Positions 49,720 through 62,900 of a stretch of 64,000 bases of DNA are shown piece by piece. The notes beneath the pieces were generated by a model. It was not told where the DNA came from and did not search any database. It worked only from the letters and a program-made list of their open reading frames with translations. A program made the position numbers and the translations under genes. Position 1 is the stretch's first letter. Each line of letters begins with the position of its first letter. This DNA is from Mobula birostris (taxonomy: Eukaryota). The stretch spans positions 12,675,123-12,739,122 of the forward strand of contig NC_092380.1 of assembly GCF_030028105.1 (NCBI RefSeq), given 5' to 3'.

Positions 49720-50650
49720 TATAGAGACTGGTAGGTGATAGGTGGAACCAGATGAAGGGGAAATGAGGGGCAGATGGAACCAAGTGGGAAGGGAAGAAGA
49801 AACCCAGATGGATAGATGAATAGGAAATGGGAGATAGAACAAGATAGGGGAATTGATGAATCTAGGTAATGAGGGTGGGAGGAATTCAAAAGGTTAAGAG
49901 AGTGAGGGAGATCCTGGGTGGATTAGTGAGAGTTGAAAAGGAACATGGGATGGTGAAGGAGGTCAGAGTTAATCTTAAATTGGAAAATTAAATGTTAACA
50001 TTGGGCTGTAGGCTACCCAAGAGGAATACAAGGAATAGTTCTACATTAGCTTTACTTTACCATGGCAATAGGCCAAAGAACAGATGTTTTGGTGTGGTGT
50101 AGGATGAGAAGCTGAAATCACATGCATCCAAATCTCAAGGTGCTCATTACAGATAGAGCACAGGTGCTCTGCAAAACCATTGCCTAGTCTATGCTTAGTC
50201 TTTTCAGTGTGGAGGAGGCCACATTTTGGCCTCATGGGCCAGGTTGGAGGAGGTACATAAGAATTAGGAAGACTGTTTAAGTCACTGGATGTTGGTGAGG
50301 GAGGTGTAGGGACAAATGTTGCACCTCAGGGAAAGTTCCAGGGACAGCAAGTGGTGGGATTTATGGGATGATCTGACCAGGAGTTTCCCCAGAAAGCAAA
50401 AAGGGAAGGGAGAGGAGAAACCGTGGCTGGTGGTGGAATCCTACTGGAGCTGGTGGAAGCAGTGATATGGTGGATGTGCATGTAGTAGAATTGAAAGGTG
50501 AAGACCAGGGAAACTCTACATGTGTTCTTTTTAAGGAGAGTGGTGAAGCAGACATGTGAGAAATGAGGAAACGCATGTAAGCACTCTATCAACTGTGCCA
50601 CTGGGAAAGCCACATTTCCTGAAGAAAAAAGACATTTCAGAAGCTATCTT
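49720..50650 (-). mobile_element. Old Penelope-like fragment
   Basis: CGLLH.EKTKHRLGN.FAEHL (GIY-YIG-like), RVSLVFTF and a purine-rich terminal repeat remnant. Confidence 0.6.
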
Positions 50651-50751
50651 ATGTATTTATATATATATTGTATTTTTATTACTTTTTTATCTTATTCTGT
50701 TTTTTTTTGTGCTGCAGCGGATCAGGAGTAACAATTATTTTGTTCTCCTTT

Positions 50752-51712
50752 AGTGCGCACGCACCGGTCGTGCATGCAGCCTGTTACAGCCGTTCCGACC
50801 AGTATTATTACTTTTTCTTCTTACTTTTTAACTTACATTTTGTTTTGTATTTTTTTTTTGCATGGTAACACGTCCAAGCTGCACTCTTTCTAACATGCTG
50901 GTAGAGAGAGTTTTATTTGGGTTTTTAGCGCTGGAAATAGTTACATTCCGACACATCTCATTAGCGGGAGCATTGTGTATTCCAGGGACCAACTGATTGA
51001 GCTTATGCCGGCCAGTTTAGCGAGCAGAGCAGCGGACACCCTTGCTGAAATCTGGAGGAAAATACACAGAGGATGCAGAGGGGGATCACAAAGGCGAGGA
51101 AAGAGGACCGGGTCGAGACAACAGAGACTTATGGAGAAGAAGAGTTCGGTGGGTAATAAAATGGATGAGTTCACGGCGCTAGCCAGGCGTCAGAGAACAT
51201 TCCGGGAGTGCAGTGTTATGTGTTTCACTGGAACGGGGCTGCACGAGGACATACCCGATCAAAACTTCTCCATGGAGGGCTTCCAGACCGTTCGGGCTGA
51301 CCGGAAGTGCACTGAGAGCGGTAAGCGTAAAGGAGTTCGGTGCTTACTGTTCTGGTTAACAACAGATGGTGCAATCCGGGTCATATTACGATCGAGGAAC
51401 GTGTTTGTAGACCGGATATTGAACTTTTTGCTGTTGGACTTCGGCCATATTCCACCGAGATACAACACTGGGCGGCATGGGAGGTCATTCCTGCCTGTGG
51501 CCATCGAACTTGCAGCTCCTCCCGTGGAGGGTCAGACACCCTGAGCCAATAGGCTGGTCCTGGACTTATTTTCCATCTGGCATAGTTTGCATTTTGTTGT
51601 TTGATTGTTTGTGGTTTTTGTATTGCTATATTTATGCTCTATTCTTGGTTGGTGTGGCTGTAATGAAACCCAATTTCCCTCGGGATCAATAAAGTATATC
51701 TGTCTATCTACA
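50752..51712 (+). mobile_element. Internally deleted Rex/Babar-type element (5' end and APE start joined to 3'UTR)
   Basis: SVGNKMDEFTAL..ECSVMCFT.T.L..IPD..FQTVRADR..SGKRKG; 3' end cccaatttccctcgggatcaataaagta(tctg)n. Confidence 0.65.
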
Positions 51713-53034
51713 CTTGTGTACTGGAAATGACATTAAACAATCTTGAATCTTGAATATCAGAAGTACCAGAGTAGAAATCCTCATCTTGAAAACAGATGCA
51801 ATGGAGATGGAGATCTGAGAGAACAGGATGACACTCTTACATAAGACAAGTTGGAAGGAGGTGCAGTTAATATAGCCGTGAAAGTCTGCAGGCTTATGAT
51901 AAATATCGCTGTATAGTTTATATTCTGAGATAGAGACAGAAAGATCCAGAAAATAAGTGTCAAAAATATTCCAGGTAAATTTGAGGGCAGGGTGGAAGTT
52001 GGTGGCAAAGGTGATAAAATTCTACTACTTTCCTCCTGCTTTCTCTTGCCTGCAACTCAGCGGCATCATTTTGAACTTCATTCTACAATTTAGCCAAGTT
52101 GTAAGACTAGTGTAAACTCAACTGAAAATGTAGGCAAAATTTGTTAACACTACATAAATATGTTTTCATCTGTGCAATCCAGTTTTTTTTGGGGGCATTG
52201 TGCTAAAAACTTTCTCAGCCCAAATTTGAAAGAGACACAAGGAAGAACAGGTGAACTCAAATATGTGCCAGCAATTATCTTCAATAGGATGCATTAAGAA
52301 AAAAAACTCAAATGTCAAAATAGAAGAATATCATGCCAGCAGAAGAAAACTTAATGAGCAATACAATTCCCTTACATTGTTGGACTTCTTACTTACTTGC
52401 TTATCCATTCATTCATTCATCCATTTATTCATTTATCCATTTATTCATTCATCCATTTATTCATTTATTTATTTAGAGATACAGCACAGGACAGGTCATT
52501 CTGGCACAACAAATGGCGCTGCGCAGCAATCTACCTATTTAACCCAGCCTAATCACAGGACAATTCTACAATGACCTATTAACCTGATAACTGATACATC
52601 TTTAGGCTCTGGGAGGAAACCCACACGGTTACAGAAAGAATGTATGAACTCTTTAGAGATTGTGCCAGAATCGAGCTCCAAACTCTGATGTCCCAAGCTA
52701 TAATAGCATTGTGCTACCGAAGTGCCCAGATAATGTTCTTCTGTCCTCATATACAATATATAAAGACCAGAAGAATTGACCCAACTAATCTGATTAGATT
52801 TGTTCATTATAAAGTTTAAGTCCAAATGAGGCTGTGTAAAACAAAAATGTGAATCAATGTTTGAAAAATATCTGAAATTTGACTGGCAGCTTTTATACAG
52901 ATCTGTATATTGTTCCATGTTTACTCCTGAACATTACCCAGGTAGTTAGTCTGATTTTCTACTCTACAAATGCATGAACACACTCTGAATTTAATTATTG
53001 CTTCAACATATTATTGACCCTTCCTTCATTATAC

Positions 53035-53102
53035 CTGATCTTTTTGTTACTGCTGCTGATGCTGCCTCCAGCCCGACTTTCAGGATGCAGTGAAGAAGAC
53101 AT
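53035..53102 (-). CDS. Sacsin-like first coding exon (ATG at 53102; MSSSLHPESRAGGSISSSNKKIR); the exon begins at 53124
   Basis: Polypyrimidine acceptor ttttttttactttcattaag|GTG at 53124, ATG 22 nt later, donor ATCAG|gtataa in phase 2 matching the next exon. It sits in non-repeat sequence. There is no homology support, only splice and phase logic. Confidence 0.7.
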
Positions 53103-53851
53103 CAGTTGAGATGCTGCTGTACACCTTAATGAAAGTAAAAAAAAACAATTATCATTAGTGACTGTGGAATATCAAGAAACTTGCGCCTAGTCAACATATT
53201 TTAATTCCAAGTGGTAAAAGAAATGCACTTGTATGTACTTGATTTTCTACAAAATACTTAACTGCCCGTAAACCATAATAGTCACTGAAGGACTGCTTTC
53301 CTTCTTCCTTTTTGTGGATCGTGCTATCCAGATCGCTAATAAACTTTGTTGTCTGAAAAAGAACTATCTTTACCCTAAGTCCTTCAGCGGAACAATTTTA
53401 AGAGCTTCAAAAAATTTACAGTGGCACAGCTAAGCTTAATCCTGACCTCGGGTGTTTTCCTTGTGGAGTTTGCAAGTTCTCTATGTGACCATGTGGGTTT
53501 CCTCTGGGTGCTCCGGTTACCTCCCACATCTCAAAGACATGCATGCCAGTAGGTTACCTAGGCACTGAAGATTGCTCCCAGTGTGGAGGTAAATGGTAGA
53601 ATCTGTGGAGATTTAATGGAATGTAGGGAACAGGGGATAATGCAGGATTAGTGTAAATGTGTTTTTCTTGGTTGGGATGGACATGATGATCTGAAGGGCC
53701 TGTTATGTGCTGCATCCATTTGTGACTCTAAAAGATAGTCACCCACCTCACAAATACCCATACAAATACCCATACAAATATTAGCAATCTTCAGACTTGT
53801 ATTTAATCTAGAATTCATGAAGATCAAATCAGAAGAAAAACCATCAGTTTT

Positions 53852-54170
53852 ACTGGACAACAATTTTTTTCAAAAGCGTTGCTTCCTCAGAAGTGTTTCT
53901 TTATGTTTATGACAGATCATTTGAAGCTAAACACAAATATAACTACTTGTATCATGTAGGAATTTGAAGAAACAAGAAGTTAACTTATTGAGGATTATGC
54001 ATTTATTTGCATAATGGTACTGATGCTTTGCAATAGTTCAACTAAGCTAAAAATGTTTCGTTGATGATTTTTGTTTATACTCAGTGTCTGAGGCGTCTCG
54101 CTTAAGTGTCCAACAATAATCAGGCAGCATTGATGAATTCCAGTTACCCTGATACCATTTCTCTATGACT
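53852..54170 (-). mobile_element. Chapaev3-like transposon 3' end fragment
   Basis: Same terminus as 12263 (actggacaacaattttttt..gttgcttcctcagaa); minus-strand peptide VIEKWYQGNWNSSMLPDYCWTLKRDASDTEYKQKSSTKHF*. Confidence 0.7.
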
Positions 54171-54771
54171 GAATTAGAAAACTCCTATATATTACATATA
54201 AAATCAACGTAAGTATCTGCATAGGGAATTACAGCAGATAAATGTCAGATTTAAAGTCATGTCTAACATACACAAACACAAAAAGTAACTCAGTGTACAT
54301 CTAAATTACATTAATTAATATGCTGAACAGAAGTATTAAATTTAAAATATCTACAATCTGTATAGCTACAATAAATCAAAACACAAGTTACATTTTGGCA
54401 TACAACTACAGATAGTGATGAGAGTTATAGTCAGAAATGCTTGTTCCTGAACCTCCAGGCTATTTATTACAAGGGTACACCTAGAGTCTGTACTGTGGTT
54501 TACATTTATTTCCTGCTTCAGCTGTGCAGAATGCATGTTGATTAGGCTGCTTTCTTTTAAAAAAAGAACTTCCTAAATTTCCATGAATGTCTTGTGACTT
54601 TGGGCAGAATTGGGACTGCTCACACTTTTAAGCTCTATCCACAGTTTTCCAGGTGCTAAAATGGTCCACAGTTGCATTTGACATGCAGTAAAACTCTGAT
54701 AACGTGCCATCCAATTATTTGGAAAACTTGATCTTCACTAGATGATATTTCCTGTGTTGCTTAAACTCCCT

Positions 54772-54940
54772 AGCCAGCTGGTGGCGTAGTGGCATCAGCG
54801 CTGGACTTCAGAGCAAAGGCTCCGGAGTTCGAATCCAGCGGCTCCCTTGCACACTTTCCACCTGTGCTGGGTTGAGTGTCGAGCTAGCAACTCAGCCTCA
54901 TAAAAATAAAAAAGCCTGGTAAAGAAAACGCCATCATGAC
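54772..54940 (+). mobile_element. tRNA-derived SINE
   Basis: A box TGGCGTAGTGG and B box GAGTTCGAATCC followed by a non-tRNA body. Confidence 0.65.
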
Positions 54941-55499
54941 TTCTTCTTCTTAAACTCCCTGGGTTCCCACATTCGTAAAGGCTCACCAGGGCCTAGCTTA
55001 CAGTAGTCCTTTAAACACAGACCATATTCTCATGCTCATTCTCAAGCTCCTTTGAAATTCATCTGGGCCCCTTTTCCTACATTCTCCTCAAATAGAACTT
55101 GTTCACTAAAAAAATTGTAAATATTGCGTGACATTTTAAAAAAAGGGGAGTCAAAAGTGTGCTGGTGGATTAATAGGATAACATACAATCATCTAAATAT
55201 CTGCCAATCCAGAATCACTGAAGTCCAAAGGATACTGAACTACCAGAGATTTACCATAACTTTAACTTTGAAAACCATCATCTCTGAATTGCTACAATTT
55301 CCATTTCAACACTTTCACTCATACTCAGCAAAGGATTCTCACATCCTTCCATCGCTCACTGAACAACTGTGTCCTATCCATACACACTCCTCTAACCCCA
55401 AATCACTCGCCCACTATTCCAATCCAGCTGCATAACATACTCTAGACCATTTCTACACTCACTGACATGATGCACCATCCTTTCACCCACACTCCCTCT

Positions 55500-55860
55500 C
55501 TACTACCTAAGACAGTAGTTCCAACCCTTCCATTACCTGCCCTTCACCAGCTTCAACCAAACTGACCCTCACCTTATCCACCTTTTGAATTCCCAAAATG
55601 GTGGTCAAAACCCACCATCCTAAACCACTACCTTGATTTCAACCCTCACTTCTTCCCCTCTTAGCTTGCCTTACTGACCATTCATCCCACCCACTATCAC
55701 CTCACCCATCACATTCTTCTGTCAACCTCACTTCACCCACCCCCATTCACCCTCACCTCACCTAACCACCCATTCCATCCACCCCACCACTAACTTCTCA
55801 TCCACCCATCCACCTTCACTCCACCCAAAGACCCTGCCCATCTACCCACCCACCTTCACT
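55500..55860. repeat. Degenerate C-rich repeat, continuing at about 56810-56940 after the CR1 insertion
   Basis: cacc/catc/ctcacc modules similar to those at 61950-62700. Confidence 0.55.
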
Positions 55861-55901
55861 GGCTCTGTGATCTAGCCCATCCGTTTTCATTACACCCTCT
55901 G

Positions 55902-56810
55902 GTGGGTGGCAGTGTGAAATGTGAGGAGGATGTTATGAGAATGCAGGGTGACTTGGATAGGCTGGGTGAGTGGGCAGATGCATGGCAGATGCAGTTTAAT
56001 GTGGATAAATGTGAGGTTATCCACTTTGGTGGTAAGAACGGGAGGGCAGATTATTATCTAAATGGAGTCAAGTTAGGAAAAGGGAAAGCACAACGAGGTC
56101 TAGATGTTCTTGTACATCAGTCACTGAAAGCAAGCATGCAAGTACAGCAGGCAGTGAAGAAAGCTAATGGCATGCTGGCCTTCATAACAAGGGGAATTGA
56201 GTATAAGAGCAAAGAGGTCCTTCTGCAGCTGTACAGGGCCCTGGTGAGACCACACCTGGAGTACTGTGTGCAGTTTTGCTCTCCAAATTTGAGGAAGGAC
56301 ATTCTTGCTATCGAGAGAGTGCAGCATAGGTTCACAAGGTTAATTCCCAGGATGGCGGGACTGTCATATGTCGAAAGATTGGAGCGACTGGGCTTGTATA
56401 CTCTGGAATTTAGAAGGCTGAGAGGGGATCTTATTGAAACATATAAGATTATTAAGGGATTGGACACACTGCAGGCAGGAAGCATGTTCCCGCTGATGGG
56501 TGAGTCCAGAACCAGAGGCCACGGTTTAAGAATTAGGGGTAGGCCATTTAGAACGGAGTTGAGGAAAAACTTTTTCACCCAGAGAGTGGTGGATATATGG
56601 AATGCTCTGCCCGAGAAGGTTGTGGAGGCCAAGTCTCTGGATGCTTTCAAAAAAGAGATGGATAGAGCTCTTAAAGATAGCGGAATCAAAGGTTATGGGG
56701 ATAAGGCAGGAACTGGATACTGATTGTGGATGATCAGCCATGATCACAGTGAATGGCGATGCTGGCTCGAAGGGCCGAATGGCCTACTCCTGCACCTATT
56801 GTCTATTGTC
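55902..56810 (+). mobile_element. Young CR1, 5'-truncated (273-aa open RT C-terminus and 3'UTR)
   Basis: DLDRLGEWADAWQMQFNVDKC, LVRPHLEYCVQF, RGDLIETYKII, RTRGH; no stops; (ctattgt)n tail. Confidence 0.92.
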
Positions 56811-57194
56811 TAACCTGGCCCATCCATCCTCCAACTCACCTGCACTCAACACCATTCACCTCAACTACCTCATCTTACACATCCAGTTTACCCTTAACCC
56901 ACACATAACTCACCTACCTCAGCCACCCATGCCTCACACAGAAATGTAAAAATAGGAGCAAGAATGGGCCTTTGGGCCCTGCTGCACCATTCAATGTAGT
57001 TGTAGCAGATTATCCATTTCAGTACACTGTCCCTGCCTTCTCTCCATGTTCCTTGAGTCACACACCATAGAAGGACCCTTTGGTCCACCAGATCCAGCCC
57101 AACCATCAGCTATCCATCTACACTAATCCAATTTATCAGCTCTGGACTGTAGCCTTCTTTCCCTTAGCAAGTGTTCATCCAGATTGAACTGTTA

Positions 57195-58314
57195 ATCCTG
57201 ATTGAGAAGTTACAGAAACTGGGCCTCTGAACCTCCCTCTGAAATTGGATCCTCGACTTCCTAACCGGAAAACCACAATCTGTGTGCATTGGTGATAACA
57301 TCTCCTCCTTGCTGACGATCAACACTGGTGCACCTTAGGGGTGCATGCTTAGCCCACCTGCTCTACTCTCTCTATACCCATGACTGTGTGGTAGGCATCA
57401 CTCAAACACCTTCTATAAATTTGCTGATGATACAACAATTGTTAGTAGAATCTCAGATGGTGACAAGAGGGCATTCAGGAGCGAGATAAGCTAACTAGTG
57501 GAGTGGTGTTGCAGCAACAACCTGGCATTCAACGGCAGTAAGACAAAAGAGCTGATTGTGGACTTCAGAAAGGGTAAGACGAAGGAACACACACCAATCC
57601 TCATAGAGGGATCAGAAGTGGAGAGAGTGAGCAGCTTCAAGTTATTGGATGTCAAGATCTCTGAGGATCTAATCTGGTCCTAACATATCGATGCAGTTAT
57701 AAAGAAGGCAAGACAGCAACTATACTTCATTAGGAGTTTGAAGAGATTTGGTATGTCAACAAATACACTCAAAAACTTGTATAGATGTACTGTGGAGAGA
57801 ATTCTGACAGGCTGCATCATTGTCTGGTATGGGGTGGGGGTTGCTACTGCACAGGACCTAAAGAAGCTGCAGAGAGTTGTAAATTTAGTCAGCTCCATCT
57901 TGGGTACTAGCCTAAAAATTACCCAGGACATCTTCAGCGAGCAGTGTCTCAGAAAGGCAGTGTCCATTATTAAAAACTTCCAGCACCCAGGACATGCTTT
58001 TTTCTCACTGTTACCATCAGGTAAGAGGTACAGAATTCTGAAGGCACACACTCAGTGATTCAGAAACAGGTTCTTCCCCTCTGCCATCTGATTCCTAAAT
58101 GGACATTGAACCCTTGAACACCACCTCACCGTTATAATATATATTATTTCTGTTTTTTGCACAATTTTTAATCTATTCAATATACATATACTGTAATTGA
58201 TTATATTATTTATTTATTATTATGATTTTTTTTCCTTTATTATGTATTGCATTGAACTGCTGCTGCTGTTAACAAATTTCACGACACATGCCAGTGATAA
58301 TAAACCTGATTCTG
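57195..58314 (+). mobile_element. Rex/Babar-type LINE, same family as 2638-3972
   Basis: Near-colinear sequence with 2850-3972. Confidence 0.88.
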
Positions 58315-59504
58315 AGATACCTCGTAATTTTTCCTTTCACTAGGCCTTCAGGTAGTCATGCCAGAATCTAACCACCATTTGAATGATAAAAAAAACTTCA
58401 TGTAATTCCCTCTAAATCTCTTATTCTTTTCTTTAAATGCATGTCCTCCAAGTTTTGGCCTCTTTTTTATGGAGAAAAGTATCTATCTATCTTGTCCATG
58501 CCCCTCACTATTTTGCATAACAATTCAAGGTCTCCCTTCAACTTCTCCATTCAAAGTAATACAAACTCAGCCGAAGTAATCTCACCTCATAAATGAAACA
58601 CTCTACCCCAGGCAGCACCCTAGTGAAGCTCCTCTGTAACGTCTCCAAAGCAATCACATCATAATGATAAGAAATGCATGCTGTACTCCAGCTGTGGCCT
58701 AACCGAAGTTTTATAACACTGTACCATAAGATCCCTCCTTGTACATTTAATAATTAATTTTGTTCCCAGCTATAGTTTGCCTCAATTTTAATTGTAGGGA
58801 ACTTGCATGTAATTTCAATAACTTTTTTCTCTTCACATATTATGGAAGGTTTTATTATCAGTTTCTTTTATATTCCCTGGAAACTTACTCTCACACTCCA
58901 ATTCCCCCTCTATATCTATTTTCATGTCCTTCTTTGCTGAATTCTAAATTGCTCCCAGTTTTCAGGCCTTTTTATCTGGCAATTTTATATGCCTTCTCTT
59001 TGGATCACTAATTTCCTTCAGAAGTCACGGCTGAGTCTTCTTTTCTGAATTACTGTGTGCTAAACACAAATAAATAATAATTTTAAGTCATGCACATATA
59101 ATTTTTCCACCACTGACCATTCAGTAAAATTTTCCAATTATAGGCAATTCACACCTCATCCTCTTGGTGTTTGTTTCCGTTTTTCAGATCCAGGAATATA
59201 GCCTCTGATTCTCTTTTCACTCTCCATTTTGAGAACCATGCTCAACAAGATTATTGATTATTTATTTATTGTTGTACTATACTTAGTCTATGATTTTCTC
59301 TTCCCTGGTCTGTTTTGCAATGTATTGGTCTAAACAAGCATTGCATACACACTACAGAAAATCCTCCTTCAGAGTATTATCGCTAATTAACTTGCTTTAG
59401 GAAGGTTAACAATATCATCAAGAATGTCTGCCATCCTGGCTATTCCCTTTGATTTACAGCAACATTGAAAACTCAGATGACCAGATTCAAGAATAGCTTC
59501 TTTG

Positions 59505-60052
59505 AACATAGAACATAGAAAATCTACGGCACATTACAGGCCCCTTGGCCCACATAAAACCTACTCTAGAAACTGCCTAGAATTTCCCTACCGCATAGCC
59601 CTCTATTTTACTAAACTCAATGTACCTATCTGGGCGTCTCCTAAGAAACCCTATTGTATCCGCCTCTACCACCTCCACTGGCAGTGCATTCCATGCACCC
59701 ACCACTCTTTGTGTGAAAAACTTACCTCTGATATCCCACTTGTACCTACTTCCAAGCACCTTAAAATAATGCCCCCTCATATTAACCATTTCAGCCCTGG
59801 GAAAAAGCCTCTGGCTATCCACACAATCAATGCTCCTCATCATCTTATATACCTCTATCAGGTCACCTTTCATCCTCCGTCACTCCAAGGAGAAAAGGCC
59901 AAGTTCACTCAACCCATTCTCATAAGGTATGCTCTCCAATCCAGGCAACATCCTTGTAAATCTCCTCTGCACTCTCTCCCTAGCATCCACATCCTTCCTA
60001 TAACAAGGTGGCCAGAACTAAACACAGTAGTCCAGGTCTAACTAAGGTCTTA
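59505..60052 (-). mobile_element. CR1 3' fragment
   Basis: MKGDLIEVYKMMR.IDCVD..RGHYFKV..FFTQRVV.AWNALP; (ttctatg)n tail. Confidence 0.82.
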
Positions 60053-61372
60053 TATTGAATTGGCTTTATTTCTTACATCCTTCACATACATGAGGAGTAA
60101 AAATCTTTACATCGCCGTCTAAATGTGCAATGCGCAATTTATAGTCATTTGTAATAAATATTATGTACAACAGGACAGTCAATGTAGCATAGAAATACAA
60201 TTGTATCAGCGTGAATTAATTAGTCTGATGGCCTGGTGGAAGATGTCCTGGAGCCTGTTGGTCCTGGTTTTAATGCTGCGGTACCGTTTTCCGGGTGGTA
60301 GCAGCTGGAACAGTTTGTGGTTGGGTGACTCGAGTCCCCAATGATCCTTCGGGCCCTTTTTATGCACCTGTCTCTGTAAATGTACTGAATAGTGGGAAGT
60401 TCACATCTACAGATGCGCTGGGCTGTCCGCACCACTCTCTGCAGAGTTCTGCGATTGAGGGAAGTACAGTTCCCATACCAGACAGTGACGCAGCCAGTCA
60501 AAATGCTCTCAATTATGCCCCTGTAGAAAGTCCTTAAGATTTGGGACTCATACCAAACTTCTTCAACCGTCTGAGGTGAAAGAGGCGCTGATGTGCTTTT
60601 CTCACCACACAGCTGATATGTGCAGACCACGTGAGATCCTCGGTGATATGTATGCCGAGGAACTTAAAGCTGTTCACCCTCTCAACCCCAGATCCATTGA
60701 TGTCAATAGGGGTTAGCCTGTCTCCATCCCTCCAGTAGTCCACAACCAGCTCCTTTGTCTTTGTGACATTGTGGGAGAGGTTGTTTTCTTGACACCACTG
60801 TGTCAGGGTGATGAATTCCTCTCCGTAGGTGGGCTCATTATTATTTGAGATAAGGCCAATCAATGTAGTATCGTTATCAAATTTAATTAGCAGATTGGAG
60901 CTGTGAGTGGCAGCAGTCATGGGTATACAGAGAGTAAAGGAGGGAGCTTAGGATACAGCCCTGAGGGGCACCTGTGTTGAGGGTCAGAGGGTCAGAGGTG
61001 AGGGAGCCCACTCTTACCACCTGCCAGTGATTTGACAGGAAGTCCAGGATCCAGCTGCACAAGGCAGGGTGACGGCCGAGGTCTCTGAGCTTCTTGTCAA
61101 GCCTGGAGGGAATTACGGTGTTGAATGATGAACTGTAGACCAAGAACAGCATTCTCACATAAGCATCCTTCTTCTCCTGATGTGTAAGGATGGTGTATAG
61201 AGCTGTGGCTATTGCGTCATCTATCAATCAGTTGTGTCGGTAGGTGAACTGTAGGGGTCCAGTGTGGGTGGTAGCATGCTGCAGATGCAGTCTTTGACCA
61301 GCCTCTCAAAGCATTGCTTATTATTGAGGTGAGTGCGACAGGACGCCAGTCGTTCAGACACGTTACCTTGGT
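60053..61372 (-). mobile_element. Rex/Babar-type LINE, 5'-truncated
   Basis: [60 protein letters not shown]; ggtctta at both junctions. Confidence 0.88.
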
Positions 61373-61572
61373 CTTACCTAAATCTCCTCTGCACTCTCTC
61401 TATAGCATCCACATTCTTCCTGTAATGAGGTGACCAGAACTGAACACAGTACTCCAAGTGGGGTCTAACTGAAGTCTTACATAGCTGAAACATTACCTCA
61501 CGGCTCTTGAACTCAATCCCATGGTTAATGAAGACCAACACACCATACGCCTTCTTAACAACTACTGCTATC
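61373..61572 (-). mobile_element. CR1 RT fragment
   Basis: VRPHLEYCVQFWSPHYRK.V.AIERVQRRF. Confidence 0.75.
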
Positions 61573-61949
61573 AAATTTCTGCACTGATAATCTCTTTCAC
61601 AGCTCCTTCCGGGTGCTCACATGAGCAAGGAATTTCACTGCACCCAGACATATATGCAGTATACTATATACTATGAATCTGAACTTTGTTTGACTAACCT
61701 TACCCTTCCCATTATCTTCTTTTTGTCTTACTCAGCCCCATCCCACCCTACAACCCATCCCATCAGCTCACTTACTTGCTCCTCTCACACCATCCTGCCA
61801 GCCCCACTCCCATCCTGTCTACCCACACCTACCCACCATCACTCACTTTGCGTTGTCTGCCCTATCAACTACCAGCTCACCTTCTCCAACCACGCCATCC
61901 ATCCTCAACTCCTATCCCATTTATTCAGCCTCTCTACTCCATAAGCAGC

Positions 61950-62700
61950 TGCCTTCATCCCATCTCACCTACACTCCATCTCACCTTTCTACCATCTCAC
62001 ATTCACCTCATCTTACCTGCACCCCATCTCATCAACACCCCATCCATCTTCACCCCAACCCACCTTCATCCCATCTCACATTCACCTCATCTTACCTACA
62101 CCCGATCCCACCAACATCCTATCTCACCTACACCTCATCTCACCTACACCCCATCTCACCTGCACCCCATCCCACCTTCACCCCATCCCACCTACACCCC
62201 ATCTCACCTTCACCCCATCTCACCTTCACCCCATCTCACCTTCACCCCATCCCACCTTCACCCCATCCCACCTTCACCCCATCTCACCTACACCCCATCT
62301 CATCTACACCTCATCTCACCCTCACCCCATCTCACCCACACCCCATCCCACCACCCCATCCCACCTACACCCCATCTCACCTTCACCCCATCTCACCTTC
62401 ACCCCATCCCACCTACACCCCATCTCACCTACACCCCATCTCACCTACACCCCATCTCTCACCCCATCTCACCTTCACCCCATCTCTCACCACACCCTTC
62501 TCACCTTCATCCCATCTCATCTACACTCCATCTCACCTTTCTACCATCTCACATTCTCCTCATTTTACCTGCACCCCATCTCACATTCTCCTCATCTTAC
62601 CTGCACCCCATCTCATCAACACCCCATCCATCTTCACCCCATCTCAACTTCACCTCATCCTACCTTCACTCTATTCCAACTTCACCTCATCACACCTCGC
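61950..62700. repeat. C/A/T-only minisatellite built from 5-nt modules (CACCY, CATCY; e.g. CACCTTCACCCCATCT)
   Basis: Directly visible; G is almost absent on the + strand for about 750 bp. Confidence 0.9.
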
Positions 62701-62900
62701 CTTACGCCGTAGCGCCGCTCTCCCCTTCCATCGACTGCGGTTTCCGGGGGGGGAGGCGGGATTTACCTTTTCCCCGGTTTCACGGCCTCCGGAGCGGCTA
62801 CCGCCTGACGGCGAGCCGGGGTGAGCGCGCGCAGACACGTGCACGCCGTTTGCGTTTAAATGGGCGCGCGCCGCGCGGGAGCCAGTCGGAGAAGGTGGGG
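62700..62900 (-). promoter_or_regulatory. CpG-rich promoter and probable non-coding exon 1 of the sacsin-like gene
   Basis: Local CpG cluster, donor GAAAAG|gtaaat at 62767, TATA-like TTTAAA at 62855-62860, E-box CACGTG at 62836-62841 and a GC box at about 62750-62760. Confidence 0.6.

Noticed and set aside
21839-53102. Calling the gene SACS
   Set aside because: There is no UBL, the neighbour gene differs, and the sequence looks divergent. Orthology cannot be established without a tree, so no symbol is given.
54772-54850. tRNA gene
   Set aside because: A and B boxes are present, but there is no convincing acceptor stem or terminator and it continues into a SINE-like body.
59960-61480. A single CR1 split by the Rex insertion
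   Set aside because: The two CR1 pieces overlap in the same RT region with different sequences, so they are separate copies.
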